DNA from: an uncultured Gemmatimonadales bacterium | GTDB lineage: Bacteria; Gemmatimonadota; Gemmatimonadetes; JACCXV01; JAHWKZ01 | Assembly: GCA_947259315.1 (NCBI GenBank) | Contig: CAMYLR010000011.1 | Coordinates: 72,177-136,176 of the forward strand | Direction of reading: 5' to 3' | Length of the DNA stretch: 64,000 nucleotides | Shown: in pieces, positions 9,602-19,814 of the stretch | Layout: each line of letters opens with the position of its first letter | Position numbering within the stretch: position 1 is the stretch's first letter | Notes under the pieces: generated by a model | Databases searched by the model: none | What the model saw: the letters and a program-made list of their open reading frames with translations, nothing else | Told to the model about the DNA's origin: nothing | Program-made: the position numbers and the translations under genes

Positions 9602-9967
9602 CTGAAAAAAATCGACCTGAACCAGAAGCTCGCATCGGTCAACGAGGTGTACGTCCCCAAGATCGTCGGCGAGCTGAACGGTCAGTACGTCAAAGTCGCC
9701 AAAGTCAAGGGCGACTATCCGTGGCATCATCACGCCGACGAGGACGAGTTGTTCTTGGTCCTCAAGGGGTCGATCACGATCCGGTTCCGAGACGGCGACG
9801 TCGAGCTCGGTGAGGGCGAGATGTGCATCGTGCCGAGCGGCGTTGAGCACAGCCCGACCGCCGACGAGGAAGCCCATATCCTCTTGTTCGAGCCCGTCAC
9901 CACCCGCAACACCGGCAACGTCGATCACGCCTACACGATCGAGGCCGAGGACCTGGAACAGATCTAG
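9602..9967 (+). CDS. Cupin-domain protein
   Basis: WHHHADEDELFLV and GEMCIVPSGVEHSP cupin motifs. Probable CTG start at 9602 after GGAGG; the track start 9647 truncates the family N-terminus. Confidence 0.85.
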   Translation: MKKIDLNQKLASVNEVYVPKIVGELNGQYVKVAKVKGDYPWHHHADEDELFLVLKGSITIRFRDGDVELGEGEMCIVPSGVEHSPTADEEAHILLFEPVTTRNTGNVDHAYTIEAEDLEQI

Positions 9968-10087
9968 CGCTCAACCCTCCACCAGTCTGCAATGGCGCTT
10001 TGAGCGCCTCGTCCCGATTTGTAGTCCTTCTTCACATCACGCATCGACGCCAGCCCAGACACGTGGTACGCCACGCGAGGAGGTGGA

Positions 10088-11066
10088 ATGAACGCGACAT
10101 GTGTTCGAAGGACGGCTTACGGTGTTGCCGCGGTTGCTCTAGCGGCTGTTGGCCAGGAACGGACGGTCTACGCACAGGTCGCGGAGACCGTTGCGTCGGT
10201 TGAGGTCACGACGGTAACCGACACGTTGCCGGCAGCGGTCGGCGGTCTCACCGTTGACCGACTCGGCCACGTCTACGTAGCCGACTTTGGCGAACGAGTA
10301 TGGAAAGTCTCTCCGTTCGGCGAGGTGACTGAGCTGGCGACGGGGCTCTACGGGGCCTCTGGCAACGCCGTCGATTCCCATGGCACCCTGTTTCAGGCCA
10401 ACTTCTTTGGCAACACGATCAGCCGGATCTCACGTGACGGAACGACGGAGACCTTTGCTGCCGGGTTCAACGGACCGGTGGGGATCTCGATCGAACCGGG
10501 TGTACCGCGTGACGCTCGACGGTGACGTCACGACGGTCGCTGGCACCGGAGCGTTTAGCGCCACCGATGGCCCAGGACCCCAGGCGACATTCGCGACGCC
10601 GAACGGGATCGCCTACGATGCGGTCCGCGATCGTCTGTACACCAACGACTACCTGATCCCGTTCTCGCAGCGGCGGTTTGTGCCGCCGAGGAGCGTCGTC
10701 CGGCAGATCCGTTTCCCGACGCTCACCGAAAGCTTTAATGCAGCCTACGAGGCGGGTGGAATCGATGCTGCCGTGGCTGCGCAGAACGCGTACCGTGAGT
10801 CACGGCCCGGGCGATTCACCGAGCTCGAGGTGAATGCGCTCGGGTATCAGATCATGAGCACCGGCAACGTGCAGGACGCGATCGCCGTCTTCAAGCTCAA
10901 CGTCGAGGCGTACCCGAACTCGTTCAACGTCTACGACAGTCTGGCCGAAGGGTACAAAGTGGCCGGCGAGCGCGATCTGGCGATCGAGTTCTACGAGAAG
11001 TCGCTCGAGCTAAACCCCGCCAACACGAACGCGGTGAGCATGTTGGAGGAATTGGGCGCGCGCTAG
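10088..11066 (+). pseudogene. Secreted beta-propeller (NHL/SMP-30-like) + TPR protein, frameshifted by an internal deletion near 10490
   Basis: N-part frame (VGGLTVDRLGHVYVADF...GPVGISI) shifts to another frame (RSNRVYRVTLDG...TPNGIAYD...NALGY...YDSLAEGY TPR). Confidence 0.7.
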
Positions 11067-11107
11067 CGCTTCAGACGCTTACTCGCGCCGGGCGTAGATT
11101 GGCCGCC

Positions 11108-13093
11108 ATGATCATCGGCGCCGACACCGGTGGTACGTTTACCGACTTCGTCGCTGCGGACGAGTCTGGGGTTTGGACGTGGAAGGTTCCTTCGACGCCC
11201 GACGATTTCGCTCGTGGTGTGTTGAGCGGGTTGGAGCAGCTCTTCGCGGAGCGTGGGGGTCGAGGCGCTAGCCAATCTGACGTCACGCTAGTCCACGCTT
11301 CGACGGTCGCGACCAACGCGCTCCTCGAGCGAAAGGGGGCGCGCACTGCGCTGATCACGACCCGCGGTTTCAAAGACGTGTTGGCGATCGGCCGCCAAAC
11401 GCGCCCGCACCTGTACGACTTGGCGGCACACCCAGCCCCACCCGTTGTCCCCAGTGGTTTGCGTTTCGAGGTCAGTGAGCGTGTGACGGCTGACCGAGAG
11501 GTCCTCGAGCGGTTGCAACCGGCAGAGATCGAGCGTGTCCTCGATCAGGTCGTAGCGGCCGATGTCGAGTCGCTGGCCGTCTGCCTGTTGTTCTCGTTCC
11601 TCGTTCCGGAGCATGAGCGGGCGATCGGCGAAGCGGCGAGAGCCCGGGGTCTGGAAGTCTCTCTATCGTGCGAGATCGCACCCGAGTTTCGCGAGTACGA
11701 GCGCACCAGCACGACGGTCGTCAACGCGTACGTGGCGCCGGTGGTTCGCCGCTACTTGGAGCGATTGGCCAAGGGGGCGGTAAGCGCTGGTGTGAGTCGC
11801 CTGCAGGTCGTCCACTCGGCGGGCGGGAGCTTGAGCCCTCGAGCGGCAACGGAGCGCGCGGTCGCGACGGTGCTATCCGGCCCCGCCGCGGGCGTGATGG
11901 GAGCGCTCGAGGTGGCCCGCCAGACGATAGGACCGGATCCGAAGGTGATCTCGCTCGACATGGGTGGAACGTCGGCCGACCTGTCGCTGATCGACGGTCA
12001 GCTCGGGAAAACGACCCAAACTGTAATCGGTGGTCTGCCGATTCAGGCGTCGATGGTCGACATCCATACCGTCGGCGCGGGGGGCGGCTCGATCGCCCGG
12101 CTCGACGCTGGCGGGGCGCTGCAAGTCGGTCCGGAGAGCGCGGGGGCGGATCCTGGGCCAGCCTGTTACGGTCGCGGAGACGCGGCGACCGTCACCGACG
12201 CGAACCTGGTGCTGCAACGCATCGCTCCAGATCACTTCCTCGGTGGTCGCATGGCGCTCGACGTGGCGCGCGGCGAAGCGGTGATCGATCAACTCGCACG
12301 GTCGATGGGCGTCGATCGGAGAGCTGCGGCGCACAGCGTTGTGACGGTCGTTAACGCGAACATGGAGCGCGCGGTGCGCGTGATCTCGGTTCAACGGGGC
12401 CACGATCCACGCGACTTTGCGCTGGTTGCGTTTGGCGGCGCGGCTGGGCTCCACGCCTGCGCGCTGGCCGAGTCACTCGGGATAACGCACGTGATCGTAC
12501 CCCGCGATCCGGGTGTCTTGTCGGCGCTGGGGGCCACCGAGAGCGACGTCGCAAAGGAGTACGGCCGCACGGTCATGCAGCCGCTGGGGCCAAACGCCGC
12601 TTTCGCAAGTGTATTTGGGGATCTGGAGACGAAGGCTCGAGCGGCGCTCGATCGAGAGCGGGTCGATCCTCGATCGGTCGTCGTTACGCGCACCGCTGAT
12701 GCTCGATACCGCGGTCAATCGCACGAGTTGACGATCGATTGGCACGACGATGTGGCTGATGTCGCTGCGACATTCCACGCCACTCACCAGCGATACCATG
12801 GTTATCGCGCCGACAACGAGCCGATCGAGATCGTGACCCTGCGGCTTCGCGCGGCGGCCACCGTCGAACGACCGCCTCCTATCGAATTGGACGGCGGGGC
12901 CGGCGTCGAGGAGGCCACGCTTAGTATCCGCGATGATGTAGCGGTCATCGATCGGTTGGCGCTGGCAGCCGGTGTTCGCATGGTTGGATCGGCGCTGTTG
13001 GTCGAACCCTACGCCACGACGTATCTACCGTCCGGTTGGGAAGCGACAGTCGATGCGCACGGTCATCTCATGCTCGTTTCAGAGGCAGCTTGA
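11108..13093 (+). CDS. Hydantoinase/5-oxoprolinase subunit A (HyuA/OplA-like)
   Basis: DTGGTFTD, TVATNALLERKG, EFREYERTST, SGPAAG, DMGGTS, GAGGGSIA, SAGADPGPACY. Confidence 0.92.
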   Translation: MIIGADTGGTFTDFVAADESGVWTWKVPSTPDDFARGVLSGLEQLFAERGGRGASQSDVTLVHASTVATNALLERKGARTALITTRGFKDVLAIGRQTRPHLYDLAAHPAPPVVPSGLRFEVSERVTADREVLERLQPAEIERVLDQVVAADVESLAVCLLFSFLVPEHERAIGEAARARGLEVSLSCEIAPEFREYERTSTTVVNAYVAPVVRRYLERLAKGAVSAGVSRLQVVHSAGGSLSPRAATERAVATVLSGPAAGVMGALEVARQTIGPDPKVISLDMGGTSADLSLIDGQLGKTTQTVIGGLPIQASMVDIHTVGAGGGSIARLDAGGALQVGPESAGADPGPACYGRGDAATVTDANLVLQRIAPDHFLGGRMALDVARGEAVIDQLARSMGVDRRAAAHSVVTVVNANMERAVRVISVQRGHDPRDFALVAFGGAAGLHACALAESLGITHVIVPRDPGVLSALGATESDVAKEYGRTVMQPLGPNAAFASVFGDLETKARAALDRERVDPRSVVVTRTADARYRGQSHELTIDWHDDVADVAATFHATHQRYHGYRADNEPIEIVTLRLRAAATVERPPPIELDGGAGVEEATLSIRDDVAVIDRLALAAGVRMVGSALLVEPYATTYLPSGWEATVDAHGHLMLVSEAA

Positions 13094-14697
13094 AACCGCG
13101 GCTGGCAGCGGCCGCGGAGCGATCGCTCTTTGCCGGACTTTTCGCCAGCATCGCCGACGAGATGTTGGCGACGTTGATACGCACGGCGTACTCGCCAAAC
13201 ATCAAGGAGCGGCGCGACTGCTCGACGGCGCTCTTCGACGGTCAGGGTCAGCTAGTCGCCCAAGCCGCGGCGATTCCGGTTCACCTCGGCGCGATGCCGC
13301 TATCGGTCGCTGCAGTGCTCAGCGCGTTCGATGAATGGCAACCGGGTGACGTCGTGGCGCTCAACGACCCGTTCCGCGGTGGTACTCACCTACCCGACGT
13401 AACGATGGTGAGCCCGGTTTTCACGGGCGATAGTGAGGAACTGTTCGCTTTTCTCGCTTCGCGCGCGCACCACGCCGACATGGGCGGCGCGACGCCGGGG
13501 TCGATGCCGTTGAGCCGCGACGTGTACCAGGAAGGGCTGCGGATCCCGCCGACCAAGATCGTCGTCGCTGGCTCACGTCGCGATGACATCTGGAACATTT
13601 TGCTGGCCAACGTTCGAACACCTACAGAGCGACGTGGGGATCTTCGCGCGCAAGTGGCGGCGCACACGGTCGGCGCAAGGCGGCTCGGGGACGTGCTCAC
13701 AAAGCATGGGAGGATCCAGCTGGCGACGCGCATGAGCGATCTCATCGAGTATGGCGAAAGCCTGATGCGCGCGGTCGTAGCCGCGATCCCGGATGGCCAG
13801 TACCGGTTCGAGGATGCGCTCGATGACGACGGGTTTGGGACCGAGACGATACCGATCGTCGTCACGGCAACGGTGGCTGGGGACCGCGCCGAGATCGACT
13901 TCGCCGGCACGGCACCGGCTTGCGAAGGGGGCGTCAACGCCGTCGAGGCGATCACCCTGTCGGCGGTTCGATACTGCTTCTTGTGTCTGATGGCGACGCG
14001 TTGGGAAGGGGCCCCCGTCGGTACCGGCGAACCACCGCTCAACGCGGGTTGCTTTCGGCCGATCGAGGTCGTCGCGCCGGCGGGAACGGTCGTCAACGCC
14101 GGACCACCCCACGGCGTGGCCGCCGGCAACGTCGAGACGTCACAACGCATCGTCGACGTCGTCCTCGGTGCCTTAGCTCAAGCGCTGCCGGACGTCATCC
14201 CGGCCGCGTCTCAGGGTACGATGAACAACGTGACGTTGGGTGGGCGACATCCCGAGTCTGGTCAGCCGTACGCGTTCTACGAGACGATCGCCGGGGGCAC
14301 CGGCGCCGGCCCGCTGGGTCCGGGGCTCGACGGCGCGCACGCCCACATGACCAACACGTGGAACACACCGGTCGAGGCGCTCGAGTTCGCCTACCCGTTC
14401 CGCGTCGAGCGGTACGCGATTCGTGACGGGTCTGGTGGCGATGGCCGGCGGCGAGGTGGAAACGGCCTGTGTCGCGAGATCCGGGTTCTCGGACGCGCCC
14501 AAGGCACGTTGATCTCCGAGCGACGCCGATCGAGGCCCTACGGGTTGGCGGGTGGCGACCCGGGTCAGGCCGGCGAGGATATAGTGTTGCGGGACGGGGA
14601 GATACACCCCTTGGGAGCGAAGGCGGTACTCGACCTGGCTGCCGGCGACGTGGTGCGGGTCAGCACTCCCGGAGGTGGGGGGTGGGGAAGACCCTGA
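13090..14697 (+). CDS. Hydantoinase B/oxoprolinase subunit B
   Basis: SPNIKERRDCS, IPVHLGAM, NDPFRGGTHLPD, HHADMGG, TPGGGGWG. TTG start overlaps the subunit A stop. Confidence 0.92.
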   Translation: MKPRLAAAAERSLFAGLFASIADEMLATLIRTAYSPNIKERRDCSTALFDGQGQLVAQAAAIPVHLGAMPLSVAAVLSAFDEWQPGDVVALNDPFRGGTHLPDVTMVSPVFTGDSEELFAFLASRAHHADMGGATPGSMPLSRDVYQEGLRIPPTKIVVAGSRRDDIWNILLANVRTPTERRGDLRAQVAAHTVGARRLGDVLTKHGRIQLATRMSDLIEYGESLMRAVVAAIPDGQYRFEDALDDDGFGTETIPIVVTATVAGDRAEIDFAGTAPACEGGVNAVEAITLSAVRYCFLCLMATRWEGAPVGTGEPPLNAGCFRPIEVVAPAGTVVNAGPPHGVAAGNVETSQRIVDVVLGALAQALPDVIPAASQGTMNNVTLGGRHPESGQPYAFYETIAGGTGAGPLGPGLDGAHAHMTNTWNTPVEALEFAYPFRVERYAIRDGSGGDGRRRGGNGLCREIRVLGRAQGTLISERRRSRPYGLAGGDPGQAGEDIVLRDGEIHPLGAKAVLDLAAGDVVRVSTPGGGGWGRP

Positions 14698-14764
14698 CAG
14701 CTGCTGCTGGACAAGCGGTCGCCACCCCACCAAATTGGTAGTCATCACAGGCCTAACCTGACCA

Positions 14765-17700
14765 ATGGAGGCGTGCGTGCGTACCCATCCGCTCTTGGTC
14801 CCCCACGCTCTTGTAGCAGGCTTGATCGCTTTGATCGCCTGCTCGGAAGATTCCCCCACAGCGCCTAGCGATCAAACGGTTCGTCCACCGGCGGCGGTCC
14901 TCCGTGCGTCCAGCGGCGACGCCTACGTGGCCGGCCGCGTACTGGTGGAGTTCAAACCCGGCGCCAATGAAACGGCGATCGCTAACAGCCAGGGCGCGGC
15001 GATGGGGAGGCGCTACCTCCGAAAGATCAGGATGCTGCACGTGACCAACGGCCAGGAGATGCGCATCGTGCAAGCGCTGCGCAGGCGGGCGGACGTTGTG
15101 TTCGCCGAGCCCGATTACATCCGCACGATCGACATCGGCTGCCCGTCGTGCTCGGTGCCGACCGACGCGCTGTTTGGACAAAAGTGGGATCTCGACAACG
15201 ACGGCACGGTCAGATCCGAGACGGGTGGGGTTCTGGCCAACACAGGTCAGGTTGACGCTGACATGGATTGGCTCGAGGCGTACGATCATCTCGGCCCGCA
15301 GTTCAGCGGGTCGGCCCGCATAGCGATCCTTGACACTGGGATTCGAGCCACGCACCAGGACATCGTAGGGCGGGTCGCCGTCCAGTTCGACTTCGTGAAT
15401 CAGGACCCGGACGCAGCTGACGATCAGGGACACGGCACCCACGTAGCCGGGATCGCTGGAGCGCGTGGAAACAATGCCATCGGTGTTTCGGGTGTCGCTT
15501 ACGGCGCCAATATCGATTTCGCCATCGCCAAGGTTTGCCGGGTGACGGTGATCAGCGCCGAGTGCGCTAGCTCGGACATCATCGACGGGATCGACTGGGC
15601 GGTGCTGAACGGCGCCAACGTCATAAACATGAGCTTTGGCGGCGACACGCCGTCTGCCGGTGAGCAGACCGCCCTCCAGGCGGCTCGCGCCGCTGGAGTG
15701 CTGCCGTTTTGTGCGGCTGGCAACAACGCTGGTCCGGTGATCTACCCGGCCGCATTCCCGGAATGCGTAGCGGTCAGCGCCACCGACTGGGGCGATAACC
15801 TCGCCAGCTACTCGAACTCCGGACCCGAGGTCGAGTTGTCCGCACCGGGCGGCGACTTTGAGAACCTCTTCGGCTACAGCCAGATCTTCTCGCCGTGCTT
15901 TGATAGCGATAGCGCCTACTGCTACAAATCCGGTACATCGATGGCGTCGCCAAATGCGGCCGGGCTTGGAGCGCTCATTTACGCGGTCGGTCTAACCGAC
16001 GACGACGCGGTGCTCAATCAGATGAAGAGCACCGCGGATGACCTCGGTCCGGCCGGCGTCGATAATCAGTTTGGTCACGGCCGCATCAACGCCTTCCAGG
16101 CGATCCAGAACTTGACGCCCGGTGACCCCAACCAATCACCGACCGCGGCGTTCACGTATTCCTGCAACGATCTCGATTGCGGGTTCACCGATCAGAGCAC
16201 CGACTCGGACGGTACCATCGTTTCATGGAGTTGGACGTTTGGTGACGGCGGGACGTCGACGCTCCAGAACCCGTCTCACACGTACGCTTGCAGCGGCGAC
16301 TATTCGGTTACGCTGCGGGTGACCGATGACGGTGGCCGCTCGGGCATCGATTCTCAAACGGTCAGCGTGACCGCCAGCACCGGGCCGCCTGGTGGTCCGG
16401 GCGATATAGCGGACCTCATGATGTGGTTGCAAGCGGACGCGATTACTGGCCTCAACGACGGCGACCCGGTATCGAGCTGGTCCGACTTGTCTGGGAGCTG
16501 CAATCCGGCTACGCAAGGGACGGCGTCCAAGCAGCCAGCTTACAGGGTCAATCAGGTGAATGGCTTGCCGGCGGTCGTATTCGATGCCACCGACGACGGC
16601 ATGTCGACGACCGCGAACCCCGGCACAGCGACGACGATCGTCGCCGTGTACGCGTCCCGCGCGGGCGCGTCGGGCAAGATGCTCAATGGCGGTTTCTCGT
16701 TCTTTATGGGTCCCTACGTCAGCTTCTATCGCAACTTCACCTTCGCCTATGTGACCGGCCCGGGCGTGACGAGCGGTCGATGGGTGATCCACACATTGCG
16801 GCAATCGTCGTCGTCGGCAGAGATGCACTTCGATGGCGCGCTGATCGGTTCGACGGGCTCAGTGTCGAACCCGGGAAGCATCTTGCTGGCGAAGCAGGGC
16901 ACGTACGGTGAACAGCTGGACGGGTCGATCGCCGAGGTGTTGGTCTACAACCGCACGCTGACCGATACCGAGCTCGGCGACGTCCACAACTTCTTGTCGA
17001 CCAAGTACACGGCGCCACCGGGGAACGCATCACCGACGGCCGCGTTTAGCTCGAACTGCACAGACCTTGACTGCACATTTACCGATCAGAGTACCGACTC
17101 GGATGGCAGCGTAGTCTCGTGGAGCTGGGACTTTGGCGACGGCAACACGTCGACGGCTCAGAACCCGTCGCACAGCTACGCCGCGGCGGGCACGTATTCG
17201 GTGTCGCTGACGGTGACCGATAACGAGGGTGCGACGGACGCCACATCATCGGATGTGACGGTGACGGCGCCGGCGGCGAACGTGCCGCCGACAGCGGCAT
17301 TCTCGTCGAGCTGCACGGATCTCGGCTGCAACTTCACGGACCAGAGCACCGACTCCGATGGCAGTGTCGTGTCGTGGAGCTGGGACTTTGGCGACGGCAA
17401 CACGTCGACGGCTCAGAACCCGTCGCACAGCTACGCCGCGGCGGGCACGTACTCGGTGTCGCTGACGGTGACCGACGACGACGGCGATTCCGACGCGACA
17501 TCGAATAACGTGACCGTTACCGAGCCCGGACCGTTCGACCCGAGCGATGTGCCGGATCTCCTGATGTGGCTCAAGGCGGATGCGATCACCGGTCTCAGCG
17601 ACGGCGATAAGGTGTCGACATGGCCAGACGCTTCGGGCAACGGCAAGCACGCGACCCAGTCCTCGAACTCGAAGAAGCCGAAGTACCGAACGAACCAGGT

Positions 17701-19303
17701 GAACGGTCTCCCGGCGGTCGAATTCGACGCTTCGAACGACGGAATGTCGACCAGCGCCAACTCGCCGACGACGACGACGATCATCGCCGTCTACAAGTCA
17801 CGCACGGGGGCTTCGGGCAAGTTGCTCAACGCTGGCTTCTCGTTCTTTATGGGGCCGTACGTCAGCTTCTACCGCAACTACACGTTTGCGTACGTGAACG
17901 GCCCGGCCGTCACGAGCGGTCGGTGGATAACCCAGACACTGCGTCAATCGTCGTCGTCGGCAGAGCTCCACATCGACGGTGCTTTCGTTGGGTCGACGGG
18001 GTCGGTCTCGAACCCGGGGAGTATCCTGCTCGCGCGACAGGGCACGTACGGTGAGCGGTTGGACGGTTCGATCGCCGAGGTGTTGGTCTACAGCCGAACT
18101 CTGACCGACACCGAGCTCAGTGATGTCCACGACTGGCTATCGAACAAGTATGTGGCACCGCCGGGTAATGCGTCGCCGACGGCGGCGTTTAGCTCGAGCT
18201 GCACGGATCTCGACTGCAACTTCACCGACCAGAGCACCGACTCCGACGGCAGCGTGGTGTCGTGGAGCTGGGACTTTGGCGACGGCAACACGTCGACGGC
18301 TCAGAACCCGTCGCACAGCTATGCGGCGGCAGGGACGTATACGGTTTCGCTGACGGTGACCGATAACGAGGGTGCGACCGACGCCGCGTCATCCGATGTG
18401 ACCGTGACGGACCCGGCGGTGAATGTCCCGCCGGCGGCGGCGTTTGGTTCAAGTTGTACGGATCTCGACTGCAACTTTACCGACGAGAGCACCGACTCCG
18501 ACGGCAGCGTGGTGTCGTGGAGCTGGGACTTTGGCGATGGGAACACGTCGACGGCGCAGAATCCGTCGCACAGCTATGCCGCGGCGGGGACGTACACGGT
18601 GTCGCTGACGGTGACCGACGACGACGGTGACTCCGACGCGACCTCGAGTGATGTGACGGTTACTGAGCCGGGCTCATTTGACCCGAGTGACGTGCCAGAT
18701 CTGCTGACGTGGCTCAAGGCCGATGCGATTACCGGTCTCAACGACGGTGATCCGGTAGGGACGTGGCCCGACGCATCGGGTAACGGAAAGGACGCTACTC
18801 AGACGACGTCGTGGAGGCGGCCGATCTACGCAACGAACCAGGTCAACGGCCTGCCCGCGCTGAAGTTCGACGCTTTCAACGACGGCATGGTGACCAGCGC
18901 GAATCCGCCCAAGTCTTCGACGATCATCGCCGTTTACAAGTCGAACGCGGGAGCCTCGGGCAAGACGTTGAACGGTGGGTTCTCGTACTTCATCGGCCCG
19001 TACGTCAGCTTCTACCGCAACTACACCGGTGCATTTGTGACCGGACCGGGGGTGACCTCGGGTCGCTGGTTGATCCACACGATTCGCCAGGGCTCACGCG
19101 CTGAGTTGTTCATCGACGGTGTGGCAAACGGCTCGACGAACCGGACCGCAAATCCGGGCAACATCTTGCTGGCCGGGTCGGGGACCTATGGCCAGAAGCT
19201 AGATGGCTCGATATCCGAGGTGTTGGTGTACAGCCGGACGCTGACCGATACCGAGTTGGCGGACGTCCACGCCTGGCTCCAGGCGCGGTACGCGATCCCG
19301 TAG
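14765..19303 (+). CDS. Subtilisin-like S8 serine protease lipoprotein with 5 PKD and 3 LamG/ConA-like domains
   Basis: Lipobox-like LIAC; catalytic IAILDTG, HGTHVAG, GTSMASP; PKD W(T/D)FGDG x5; repeated WL(Q/K)ADAITGL...EVLVY(N/S)RTL domain x3. Confidence 0.92.
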   Translation: MEACVRTHPLLVPHALVAGLIALIACSEDSPTAPSDQTVRPPAAVLRASSGDAYVAGRVLVEFKPGANETAIANSQGAAMGRRYLRKIRMLHVTNGQEMRIVQALRRRADVVFAEPDYIRTIDIGCPSCSVPTDALFGQKWDLDNDGTVRSETGGVLANTGQVDADMDWLEAYDHLGPQFSGSARIAILDTGIRATHQDIVGRVAVQFDFVNQDPDAADDQGHGTHVAGIAGARGNNAIGVSGVAYGANIDFAIAKVCRVTVISAECASSDIIDGIDWAVLNGANVINMSFGGDTPSAGEQTALQAARAAGVLPFCAAGNNAGPVIYPAAFPECVAVSATDWGDNLASYSNSGPEVELSAPGGDFENLFGYSQIFSPCFDSDSAYCYKSGTSMASPNAAGLGALIYAVGLTDDDAVLNQMKSTADDLGPAGVDNQFGHGRINAFQAIQNLTPGDPNQSPTAAFTYSCNDLDCGFTDQSTDSDGTIVSWSWTFGDGGTSTLQNPSHTYACSGDYSVTLRVTDDGGRSGIDSQTVSVTASTGPPGGPGDIADLMMWLQADAITGLNDGDPVSSWSDLSGSCNPATQGTASKQPAYRVNQVNGLPAVVFDATDDGMSTTANPGTATTIVAVYASRAGASGKMLNGGFSFFMGPYVSFYRNFTFAYVTGPGVTSGRWVIHTLRQSSSSAEMHFDGALIGSTGSVSNPGSILLAKQGTYGEQLDGSIAEVLVYNRTLTDTELGDVHNFLSTKYTAPPGNASPTAAFSSNCTDLDCTFTDQSTDSDGSVVSWSWDFGDGNTSTAQNPSHSYAAAGTYSVSLTVTDNEGATDATSSDVTVTAPAANVPPTAAFSSSCTDLGCNFTDQSTDSDGSVVSWSWDFGDGNTSTAQNPSHSYAAAGTYSVSLTVTDDDGDSDATSNNVTVTEPGPFDPSDVPDLLMWLKADAITGLSDGDKVSTWPDASGNGKHATQSSNSKKPKYRTNQVNGLPAVEFDASNDGMSTSANSPTTTTIIAVYKSRTGASGKLLNAGFSFFMGPYVSFYRNYTFAYVNGPAVTSGRWITQTLRQSSSSAELHIDGAFVGSTGSVSNPGSILLARQGTYGERLDGSIAEVLVYSRTLTDTELSDVHDWLSNKYVAPPGNASPTAAFSSSCTDLDCNFTDQSTDSDGSVVSWSWDFGDGNTSTAQNPSHSYAAAGTYTVSLTVTDNEGATDAASSDVTVTDPAVNVPPAAAFGSSCTDLDCNFTDESTDSDGSVVSWSWDFGDGNTSTAQNPSHSYAAAGTYTVSLTVTDDDGDSDATSSDVTVTEPGSFDPSDVPDLLTWLKADAITGLNDGDPVGTWPDASGNGKDATQTTSWRRPIYATNQVNGLPALKFDAFNDGMVTSANPPKSSTIIAVYKSNAGASGKTLNGGFSYFIGPYVSFYRNYTGAFVTGPGVTSGRWLIHTIRQGSRAELFIDGVANGSTNRTANPGNILLAGSGTYGQKLDGSISEVLVYSRTLTDTELADVHAWLQARYAIP
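16421..19300 (+). repeat. Intragenic tandem duplication, period 1143 bp (LamG-like + 2 PKD), about 2.5 copies
   Basis: Equivalent codons at 16421, 17564 and 18707; near-identical GTGGAGCTGGGACTTTGGCGA... PKD blocks x4. Confidence 0.85.
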
Positions 19304-19316
19304 GTCAAGAGGGGGA

Positions 19317-19667
19317 CTAGCGCCTACCGGTACGAATAACGATCTCGCCGTCGCGGCCGATCACGATGTCGCCCTGCCGGGTGCGACCGCGGCGGCGGGT
19401 GTCGAACAGGACATCCCGACCGAGCCCGAACCCCTTCCGCAAACACCAACGCCGCCCGTGTACGGGGTGACCCGCGCCTGAGCGGCAGAACGACGGGCCT
19501 CGGCCGCGGCGGTTCTGACCGCGGAAGAGATCGTCGTCCAGAACGATGACCAACCGGCCATCTCGGTCGTTTCCACCTCCGCGGCCGCGTCCCTGGGCCC
19601 ACAGATCGCTCGCCCCGGCGATCGTCAGAACCAGCGCGGCCGCCAAAATCCAACCCGACTTGCTCAT
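19317..19667 (-). CDS. Small secreted hypothetical protein with a two-Cys motif
   Basis: Signal peptide; GPSFCRSGAGHPVHGRRWCLRKGFG motif; GAGG RBS. Confidence 0.65.
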   Translation of the reverse strand: MSKSGWILAAALVLTIAGASDLWAQGRGRGGGNDRDGRLVIVLDDDLFRGQNRRGRGPSFCRSGAGHPVHGRRWCLRKGFGLGRDVLFDTRRRGRTRQGDIVIGRDGEIVIRTGRR

Positions 19668-19755
19668 TCACACCTCTGTTCAGTCACGGCGACCCAGCCT
19701 CTGTTACCCGGTCGATCGCGTCGCGATCCCACTTGGTGGACGACTCGCATGGTTA

Positions 19756-19770
19756 GTTGTATAATACAAC
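19756..19770. promoter_or_regulatory. MarR-type operator palindrome overlapping a -10 box
   Basis: GTTGTAT-A-ATACAAC inverted repeat containing TATAAT (19760-19765), upstream of MarR-GNAT. Confidence 0.7.
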
Positions 19771-19814
19771 CATTATCGTTCACGCTGCGCTCTAGCAGGA
19801 ATCGGAGGATCCCG

